From: Terriglobia bacterium
Lineage (GTDB): Bacteria; Acidobacteriota; Terriglobia; JAJPHL01; JAPKYU01
DNA: 64,000 nucleotides
Assembly (NCBI GenBank): GCA_965223005.1
Contig: CBDCVK010000002.1
Location: 416,001 to 480,000 of the forward strand
Direction of reading: 5' to 3'
The position numbers were made by a program, and so were the translations under genes. Under the pieces are notes generated by a model, which did no database searches, was not told the DNA's origin, and saw only the letters and a program-made list of their open reading frames with translations. Every line of letters starts with the position of its first letter. Position 1 is the first letter of the stretch. Positions 56,913 to 64,000 of the stretch are shown here, piece after piece.

Positions 56913-59846
56913 ATGAAACAAGTTGTGAAGGGACTTGTGGCTGCCAGCTTCCTCCTGTTCTTCGGGCAGGCAGCTGATGTAGCGCAGCAGGTGCAAAGGG
57001 CTCGGCGGCTGGGCCAGGCCTACTACGAGGAGGGAAACTACCCGGCGGCCACTGAGCAGTTCCGGAGCGTGCTGCGCGCCCAACCGGGGGCCGGTGCGTT
57101 TGCAGATCACTTCAACCTGGGGCTGGCGCTGATTGGAGTCCAGGACGAAGAAGGGGCGCTGGCGGCTCTGGAGACGGCGCGGCAGATGAATCCCGGCTCG
57201 CCGGCGCCCTTGTATGGGCTGGCCATTCTCTACAAACACCGGGGACGTTTCCAGAAAGCGCTGGAATACTTCGAGCGTGCAGAAAAGGCCGGCGCCTCCG
57301 ACATTGCCACTCTGTTCAACACCGGTGTGGTCCTGATGTCGCAGGGTCGTCTGGAGGAAGCTCTGGGCTACTTCCAGCGCGTGCTGGATCGTGGCATTGA
57401 TTTTGGGCCGGGCTGGTACCTTTCAGCTGAATACCGCACGTCGCGCCTGCTGCGGCGGCTGGGTCGAGCCGAAGAAGCCACGCGCGTACTCCGCCGTTGG
57501 CAGGAGCACCGGAAGCAGCGGGGCGAGCCAGTCCAGACGGCTGCCATGCTGGAGCTAGGGCCGCTGGCCATTCCCCAGATCCCGGCCGAGGCTGCGCCGG
57601 CGCGCCGGAAGGTCGCTGCACCGGCTTTCGCCGCTCACGCTCCCCATCCGGCGTCCGATTTCCCGGTGGTCGAAACCTACACCGTTGTCTTCGACTACGA
57701 TGTGGACGGTGACCTGGATCGCCTCCTGATTCCGGCAGAATGCGGCCGCCCCCGCCTGGAGAGGAATAACGGCGCCGACGCGGCCGGCCAAGATACGTTT
57801 TCCGATATCACCAGCGCCGCTCAGGTTGTGGTTCCGGGCGACAAGCAAGTGTGTGGCGCGGCAGTTGCGGATTTCGACAACGATGACGACACCGACATCG
57901 CTGTCGCAGGCCCGGACGGCGCCTGGCTATTCTCCAACCTGCGGGGAGGCAAGTTTGGCGTATCGGCGCCGTTTGCCCAGGCCAAGGGAACAGCGGTGGC
58001 CACCGCAGACCTGGACGCGGACGGTGCCTTTGACTTGGTCTTTGGTTCCTCCGAAGGTGTTTCGGTGTGGTGGAATCGGGGCAGCCTGCTCGCGGAGATC
58101 GAGGGTGCAAAGGGCCCGTTCGCGCTGGGCGATCTGAATGGAGATGGGCTTCAGGATCTTGCGACGGTCGAGGTCTCGGAGAAAGGCAAAGCCCGTCTCC
58201 GCTTCTGGCTGAATTCAGCGGGACGGCGCTTCCAGCAGCGTGCCGGTCCCCCGCTGCCCGACGCAGTCACTGCCTTGAAAACACTGTACCTGCGCGAGGG
58301 AAAGCTCTCCCTGCTGGGGCGCGCCGAAAAGGGCCAGGTGTGGAAGCTGGACCGCGTGTCCCCGCAAACCCACTGGCTGCACCTCAACCTGGAGGGCGTG
58401 CGCAGTAACAAGACGGGAGTGGGGGCCGTGGTGGAGGTGAAGGCCGGCAATTTCTACGCGCGCGCCGTAGTCGGCGCCGAGCCGCTGACGATCGAGACTG
58501 GCGAGTTGAAGCGCGTGGACGTGGTGCGCGTCACCTGGCCCAACGGCATCGTACAGAACGTGATCGAAACCCCCACCAATCGCGCCGTGCGCGTGGCCGA
58601 GCAGGACCGGCTGGCCAGCTCCTGCCCGTTTCTTTACCTCTGGGACGGCAACGAATTCCGCTATTTCGGCGAGGTCTTGAGCATCACCCCACTGGGCGAG
58701 CCGGACGGGCGCGGCGGCTTCATTCTGCCCGGCTCGCACGAGAATGTCTTCTTGCCGGGGCAGCTGATGCGGGCGCGGGATGGCCGCTATGTCTTCCAAT
58801 TTACCGAAGAGCTGCGCGAAGCCGTCTACCTTGATGGCGTACGATTGGTGGCGCTGGACTATCCTACAGGCCTGCGGGCCTTTGTGGACGAGGCCTATCG
58901 CGGCGCCCCGTCGGACATCGCTCCGGTCGTGCTGGCGGATGTGAAGCCGGTTCCCTCCCGGCGGGAGCCAGCAGAACCCAGCCCAACAGAACCTAGCAAG
59001 GAAGTGTTACCCGGCTTGGTCGAGCCGTACGCCGAATACTTGGAGTTGCCGCCCGGCGCCGACTTCCTGGTGCTGCGCGGCTGGACCTACTGGATGGATT
59101 CCAACGTCGCCACGGCCGCCAGCCAAAATCCGCTGCGCGTGGCCGTGCCCCCGCGGCTGGAGGCGCGCCGGCCCGACGGCACCTGGCAAACCGTGGTGGC
59201 GGATCTGGGCTTGCCTTCCGGCCGAAGCCGCTTCGTGCTGGCTGACTTGCGTGACCGGCTGGACTTTGCCTGGCCAGAGAGCCGGGAAGCCACGCCACTC
59301 CCGCTGCGCATCGTCACCAACTTACGCGTTTCCTGGGATGAAATCCTGGCGGGCAAGCTGGCCGGAAGCCCGCGCCGGATCGAGCGCCGGGCGCAGGCCG
59401 CGGACTTGCATTACCGGGGCTTCTCGTTTCCGACGATTTCGCCCACGCGAAGCGCGGCGGATGATTACGACTACTCGCGGCTGATGGCCGGGGCACCCTG
59501 GAGTGCGATTTCCGGGCGCTACACCCGCTACGGGAATGTCCTGCCTCTGGTAGGGGCCGAAGATGACCGGCTTGTCGTCCTGGCGGCAGGCGACGAGTTG
59601 ACTCTGGAATTTTCTGCTGCCTTTCCCCCTCTGCCCGACGGCTGGCAGCGCGACTTCGTTCTGGAGCTTTCCGGCTGGGTTAAGGCAGGGGAATTCAACA
59701 CGGCAAGTTCGGGGCGTGTCGAACCGCTGCCATTTCGGGGTATGAAACAGTATCCCTACAACGCGGTCTCCACGGCCGGCTGGCAGCGGCGCTGGCTCAC
59801 GCGGCGTCCCTTGCCGCACCTCCTACCTCTGGCTCCCGCCTACTAG
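56913..59846 (+). CDS. Secreted TPR + FG-GAP/VCBS repeat + ASPIC/UnbV (CRTAC1-like) protein
   Basis: Signal peptide, TPRs, DYDVDGDLD/DFDNDDDTD/DLNGDGLQD Ca-binding repeats, SNKTGVGAVVEV..VTWPNG, SSCPFLYLWDG. Confidence 0.88.
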   Translation: MKQVVKGLVAASFLLFFGQAADVAQQVQRARRLGQAYYEEGNYPAATEQFRSVLRAQPGAGAFADHFNLGLALIGVQDEEGALAALETARQMNPGSPAPLYGLAILYKHRGRFQKALEYFERAEKAGASDIATLFNTGVVLMSQGRLEEALGYFQRVLDRGIDFGPGWYLSAEYRTSRLLRRLGRAEEATRVLRRWQEHRKQRGEPVQTAAMLELGPLAIPQIPAEAAPARRKVAAPAFAAHAPHPASDFPVVETYTVVFDYDVDGDLDRLLIPAECGRPRLERNNGADAAGQDTFSDITSAAQVVVPGDKQVCGAAVADFDNDDDTDIAVAGPDGAWLFSNLRGGKFGVSAPFAQAKGTAVATADLDADGAFDLVFGSSEGVSVWWNRGSLLAEIEGAKGPFALGDLNGDGLQDLATVEVSEKGKARLRFWLNSAGRRFQQRAGPPLPDAVTALKTLYLREGKLSLLGRAEKGQVWKLDRVSPQTHWLHLNLEGVRSNKTGVGAVVEVKAGNFYARAVVGAEPLTIETGELKRVDVVRVTWPNGIVQNVIETPTNRAVRVAEQDRLASSCPFLYLWDGNEFRYFGEVLSITPLGEPDGRGGFILPGSHENVFLPGQLMRARDGRYVFQFTEELREAVYLDGVRLVALDYPTGLRAFVDEAYRGAPSDIAPVVLADVKPVPSRREPAEPSPTEPSKEVLPGLVEPYAEYLELPPGADFLVLRGWTYWMDSNVATAASQNPLRVAVPPRLEARRPDGTWQTVVADLGLPSGRSRFVLADLRDRLDFAWPESREATPLPLRIVTNLRVSWDEILAGKLAGSPRRIERRAQAADLHYRGFSFPTISPTRSAADDYDYSRLMAGAPWSAISGRYTRYGNVLPLVGAEDDRLVVLAAGDELTLEFSAAFPPLPDGWQRDFVLELSGWVKAGEFNTASSGRVEPLPFRGMKQYPYNAVSTAGWQRRWLTRRPLPHLLPLAPAY

Positions 59847-59930
59847 GCTGAGAGATGGCCTGAGCGATGGAATGAGAGATGGAATGATTGGTCCAAAATC
59901 GAAAGAGACATTTCCCTGCAGCTGACGCTT

Positions 59931-60255
59931 TCACTTCCAGGCAGCGGCCCTGGCCTGGAGGAACTCGTCCAGCATCTGCCGAACTTCCGTCTTTACCCCC
60001 ATGAACTCCACTCCCATGCCGACTTCCGGATCTACATAACGCACCACGCACTCGATTTCCGGTATCTCATGGACCATAGCGATGAAGACTTGCTCTGCGA
60101 ACCGGGCGGGTTTGTTTGTGAGCACATAGCAGCCCCCAACACTCATGTTGCTTACCGTACCGTTGCCGGTCTTGCTCTCGCCGCGCCATTGCGCCACGAG
60201 CGGCGGCCGGAGGCTAAGCCCGCGGATATCTGCGCAGTTCCTTAGCGTCAGGCAC
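59931..60255 (-). pseudogene. Stand-alone PilZ protein with one frameshift (or sequencing error)
   Basis: The frame from GTG 60255 gives ELRRYPR then a stop; another frame gives NMSVGG..VVRY..GMGVEF; removing one base in CCC 60219-60221 gives a 107-aa PilZ. Confidence 0.8.
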
Positions 60256-60367
60256 GGGAACCCCATTCTATCGGGTTTCTCTCGGCGAAAGCTATGGCTG
60301 TGCGCGGGCTGACTGTCACAAGCGTTTGGCTTGCGGGCCTGCGGGTGCCGGGGGCATCATAGCCGCC

Positions 60368-60781
60368 ATGAAATTCCACACCGAATACCTGACGTTCCAC
60401 ACGCAACAACGCCGGGAATACATCAACATCACCGCCCAGGTACAAAAGGCACTGGGGGAAAGCGGCATCCGGGAAGGGATCGCGCTGGTTTCCGCCATGC
60501 ACATTACTGCCGCCGTGTACGTCAACGACGCCGAGGAGGGCCTGATCCAGGACATTGACGAATGGCTGGACCGGCTGGCGCCCTACCGGCGTGATTACCG
60601 CCATCACCGCACCGGAGAGGACAACGGCGACGCGCACCTGAAGAACCTGCTCATCCACCACCAGGTGCTGCTGCCCGTCACCGCGGGCAAGCTGGACCTG
60701 GGGCCCTGGCAGCAGGTCTACTACGCCGAGTTCGATGGCCAGCGGCGCAAGCGGCTGATCATCAAAATCCTGGGGGAATAG
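60368..60781 (+). CDS. yjbQ: YjbQ-family secondary thiamine-phosphate synthase-like protein
   Basis: [32 protein letters not shown]. Confidence 0.93.
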   Translation: MKFHTEYLTFHTQQRREYINITAQVQKALGESGIREGIALVSAMHITAAVYVNDAEEGLIQDIDEWLDRLAPYRRDYRHHRTGEDNGDAHLKNLLIHHQVLLPVTAGKLDLGPWQQVYYAEFDGQRRKRLIIKILGE

Positions 60782-60844
60782 ACGCGGGTCTCGCGGGGCC
60801 GGGGCTGCCCGATACGCTACACTCACGCCTGCTCTGGCGAACGC

Positions 60845-61390
60845 TTAGCTAATCTCTCGGATCCGCGATTGGAGCTGCTTCAAATCAATTGGTTTGAACA
60901 GGTACGGGCAGCCGGATTCCTGCAGGAAGCGGAGCGTTTTCTCGCTCTGGTCGCCCGTCAGGAAGAGGACCTTGTCCGTGTAGTCGGGCAGATAGACTGC
61001 CAAGAAGCGGTACAGGCTGCGCCCGTCGAAACCGGGCATGAGAATGTCAGAGACAATGGCGTCGAAGTCCGCGGCCTGCAGCTTCTGGACGGCTTGGTCG
61101 GCGGAAATGGCAGTTTCCACCACGTAGTCGTCTGAGTGCAGCATCATCTGGAGCACCTGCAGGGTGTGCCGATCGTCGTCAATCACCAACAGGCGGCGAG
61201 GCGCGGCCTCGCGTCTCGGTTGAGGCTCCCGGCGGCTCGGCAGCGTTAACTTCCAGGACGTCTCTTGCCCGCACTGTTCGCACGGCACCTGCACTGTGCC
61301 TTCGGCCAGCAGCAACGCAAAATCGGTTTCATTCAGGGGGAGGACTTGTTCGGTTGCGCACTGTTCACAAGAGAGCATACAGGCTGGCAT
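60845..61390 (-). CDS. Response regulator: N-terminal Zn ribbon plus C-terminal receiver domain
   Basis: CEQC..CEQC..W, then LLVIDDD, SDILMPGFDG, FLTG, FKPID. Confidence 0.88.
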   Translation of the reverse strand: MPACMLSCEQCATEQVLPLNETDFALLLAEGTVQVPCEQCGQETSWKLTLPSRREPQPRREAAPRRLLVIDDDRHTLQVLQMMLHSDDYVVETAISADQAVQKLQAADFDAIVSDILMPGFDGRSLYRFLAVYLPDYTDKVLFLTGDQSEKTLRFLQESGCPYLFKPIDLKQLQSRIREIS

Positions 61391-61418
61391 TGCAGTGAAC
61401 CCTCGTGGGTGCTGGAGA

Positions 61419-63491
61419 TCAGGACGGTTTCTGCCAGGCGTAGACGTCGCGGTTGTCCACCTGCCTGGGTACCTGCACAAAATCTTCCCGGCTCGCCAGG
61501 CTCCGGTACACATCTCCGGACACCCACAGGCTGTCCACTGCCGCGTACTTTTGCAGGTGCCCCGCTACGTCAATGGTCTCATCGCTGATATCTTCCAGGG
61601 GCTTGGTATCGGGCACCATCACCTCACCCGCGTTCAGGCCGCAGCGGACATGGAACTTGATTCGGAGTTGGTGGACGTCGCGGTTGAACCAGTCCAGTTC
61701 CACCAAGAGCTTGCGGGCCATCGTCGAGGCATCCTCTACTGATGGAAAGCAGCTCATTACCCCGTCAGGGGTCCAGGCCACCTTGTAGGCGCGGTATTCG
61801 TGGAACAGGTGCTCCAGGAATTTCTTGTACTCGGTGAAAGCGTGTTCCACCACAATCTTGTCTTCGCCCAGCTTCATCTTCGTGGAGCCGACGACGTCAA
61901 TGGAAAGAAAGGCCAGTTCCTTTTTCACCTCGCCCAGGATGCGCTTGGCAGCGGCGTAGTCGCGCAGCAGCGACATCCGGGAGGCATCGCGCCCCACTCC
62001 GGCGCCGGCCTGGCCTGGCCGGCCGCCACTGATGTGGGCGCCACCAGTAGCAACGGCCGGGCGGGTCAGCAGCGGCTTGCGGAGCCACGACTCCAGCCCT
62101 TCCACGCGCCCAATTGCCACCTGCGCCACGATGTAAGTGAGCAGTGCCAGTCCGATCAGCAGGAAGTTGAAGTTCTGGTAGGTCAGGTCTACGTTGATCA
62201 CGCCGTAGGCGAAGGCCAACAGCGGGTCAATGGCTTCGTGCAGCCAGCGAACTGGGGTTAGACCGCGGACGCGCTCGGGGCGGAACAGGGGCAGCGTGAA
62301 CAAGGCTACGCAGCCCATGGCGTAGACGATAGCGACCAAACCCAGGCCTTTGCGAAGTACGGACAGTCCGGTGCAGGCCCCCAGGCGCCAGGCGCGCTCT
62401 GCAGGGGAAACCGCGGCGTGCCTGGCAACCGAGGGGGTAAAGGCACCTGAATCGCGCGCAGGCGGCGCCGGCTGGGGAGCCACCGCCGGAGCAGGCACGG
62501 CCACCGTGGCGACCCCGCCGGGCGGGGTCACGGCCGGTGTTGCCGCCTGGGGAGTCGGCGGCACCAGTTCGCTCAATTTCTCTGCAGGCGGCGCTGTCAC
62601 CTGGAGATCCCGGCCCGGCTGCATCACCACCGTGCCGCTCCAATCCCGACCGCTGTCAATTTGCTGCTTCATGGCCCGCAAGTCGACTAGCAGGCGCACC
62701 GCATTCTGGTAGCGCTGCTCCCGGTTCTTCTCCAAACACTTGGCGATCACGCCTCCCAGCGTGGGCGAGACGTCCGGATTGACGTCGGTCGCGGAGGGAC
62801 ATGGCTGGTTCAAGATCTTGGCCAGCACGACGTTGGGGGAACCGCCGCTAAAGGGCAGCTTGCCGGTGGCCATCTCAAAGAGCACCACTCCGGTCGAGTA
62901 GATATCGGTGCGGGCATCCAGATCGGCTCCCAGCGCCTGTTCTGGTGACATGTGACTGATGGTGCCCATCACCATGCCGGCGCTGGTGCGGAAGGCATCG
63001 TGGGCCTGCGCTCCCGCCTTCTCGACCATCTTGGCCAGGCCGAAGTCCAAGATCTTCACCTGGCCCCGGTCCGTCACCATGATGTTTTCTGACTTGATGT
63101 CGCGGTGGATAATGGCTTTTTCGTCGGCCAAGCTCAGCGCGTCGACGAGCTGGATGGCAATTTCCAGCAACTGGCGGGGGGGCAGCGGCCCTTGTTTGAG
63201 CATGTCTTTCAGGGTCTTGCCTTCGACGAACTCCATCACCAGATAACGCAAGTCGTCCTTGACTCCGAACTCGTAGATGGTGGTGATGTTCGCGTGCTGC
63301 AGCTTGGAGGCTGTCTTGGCTTCGCGCAGGAAGCGGCCCAAGGACTCCTCGTCGCGCTGGGCCTGGGGTGGCAGGATCTTGATGGCCACCGGGCGGTCCA
63401 GGTTCGTGTCATCGGCCCGGTAGACGACACCCATGCCGCCTTCTCCCAGTTTGCCCACGATTTTGAAGTGCGAGAGGGTCTCCCCGATCAT
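61419..63491 (-). CDS. Hanks-type Ser/Thr kinase-Pro/Ala linker-YggT-like TM hairpin-class III nucleotide cyclase-like fusion
   Basis: GEGGMG, VAIK, HRDIKSEN, DFG, SPE; two TM segments; SIDVVGST, TPDGVMSCF, VRCGLNAGEV, TIDVAGHLQ. Confidence 0.88.
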   Translation of the reverse strand: MIGETLSHFKIVGKLGEGGMGVVYRADDTNLDRPVAIKILPPQAQRDEESLGRFLREAKTASKLQHANITTIYEFGVKDDLRYLVMEFVEGKTLKDMLKQGPLPPRQLLEIAIQLVDALSLADEKAIIHRDIKSENIMVTDRGQVKILDFGLAKMVEKAGAQAHDAFRTSAGMVMGTISHMSPEQALGADLDARTDIYSTGVVLFEMATGKLPFSGGSPNVVLAKILNQPCPSATDVNPDVSPTLGGVIAKCLEKNREQRYQNAVRLLVDLRAMKQQIDSGRDWSGTVVMQPGRDLQVTAPPAEKLSELVPPTPQAATPAVTPPGGVATVAVPAPAVAPQPAPPARDSGAFTPSVARHAAVSPAERAWRLGACTGLSVLRKGLGLVAIVYAMGCVALFTLPLFRPERVRGLTPVRWLHEAIDPLLAFAYGVINVDLTYQNFNFLLIGLALLTYIVAQVAIGRVEGLESWLRKPLLTRPAVATGGAHISGGRPGQAGAGVGRDASRMSLLRDYAAAKRILGEVKKELAFLSIDVVGSTKMKLGEDKIVVEHAFTEYKKFLEHLFHEYRAYKVAWTPDGVMSCFPSVEDASTMARKLLVELDWFNRDVHQLRIKFHVRCGLNAGEVMVPDTKPLEDISDETIDVAGHLQKYAAVDSLWVSGDVYRSLASREDFVQVPRQVDNRDVYAWQKPS

Positions 63492-63705
63492 CCGCGCACA
63501 CCTTGCCCCGGCTTCTGTCTGCTCATCATACACGGAAGCCGTGAATCTAGAAGAGCTCTTTCTGGGTACCCCGGTTGCCTAGACTCGGCACCCGTGCGTT
63601 GGAACGGCGAGCGAGAGGATCTTCGTTTGCATCCCTGCTGGGCCGCCCGCGCCGGCCGGACGTTGGACAGGCGCCCTGCGCGCCAAGTCCCCGTTTGCTG
63701 TCCGG

Positions 63706-64000
63706 TTAGGCCACCGCTGGCGCAGGCTGCCGGGTCGGGGAGGCGGGCGGCCTCGGCTCCTGCGGGCTCAGAGCCAGGTCGATGACTTCGTCAATTGTCT
63801 TAACGTAGTGGACGGTAAGGCCTTCCAGTTGAGTGGGCTTGAGGTCTTCTTCGACGTTGATTTGGTTTTCGCGAGGCAACACAACCTCGGTAATCCCGGC
63901 TCGCTTGGCGGCCAGCACCTTCTCCTTGATACCACCCACTGGCAGGACCAGGCCGCTGAGGGTGATCTCGCCGGTCATCGCCACGTTGGGACGGACGCGT
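63706..64000 (-). CDS. lon: Lon protease, C-terminal protease domain (5' part outside the window)
   Basis: [29 protein letters not shown]. Confidence 0.95.
   Translation of the reverse strand, partial: RVRPNVAMTGEITLSGLVLPVGGIKEKVLAAKRAGITEVVLPRENQINVEEDLKPTQLEGLTVHYVKTIDEVIDLALSPQEPRPPASPTRQPAPAVA

Overview
A GC-rich bacterial chromosome segment, most consistent with Acidobacteriota (Solibacter-type C-terminal domain protein, ASPIC/UnbV-TPR protein, OmpA-N-like domain, nuo gene order). Left part: nrdR; a thermolysin-family (M4) peptidase gene split by an IS256 element (8-bp target duplication GTTTTCTG; the 3' half of the IS is duplicated as a deletion-riddled copy); a 12-gene complex I operon that cleanly lacks nuoB and nuoI; a hypothetical-thiS-MerR cluster; ribA; and an orphan LytS kinase. 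Middle: an integrase-less cargo region around tRNA-Glu(TTC) and tRNA-Ile2(CAT), carrying a HOT transhydrogenase, an LLM monooxygenase, a sialidase, a beta-propeller glycosidase, an alkaline phosphatase, a degenerate GGDEF protein, a Tat-signal rhamnonate-dehydratase-like enzyme, and FecR-like and PilZ proteins. Right part: leuCD, a HEAT/lipoyl-like protein, a ferredoxin, an SBBP surface protein, scpAB-rluB, bfr, rarA, a TrmH-family methylase, DUF3500, an ECF sigma/anti-sigma pair, a diguanylate cyclase, ribB fused to a degenerate GTP cyclohydrolase II, a TPR-ASPIC protein, a frameshifted PilZ gene, yjbQ and the 3' end of lon. The most unusual items are a Ser/Thr kinase-YggT-like membrane hairpin-noncanonical class III cyclase fusion followed by a Zn-ribbon/receiver protein, and several intergenic 120-150 nt elements closed by long inverted repeats (candidate structured RNAs). 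All calls come from reading motifs by eye; no searches or folding were run.
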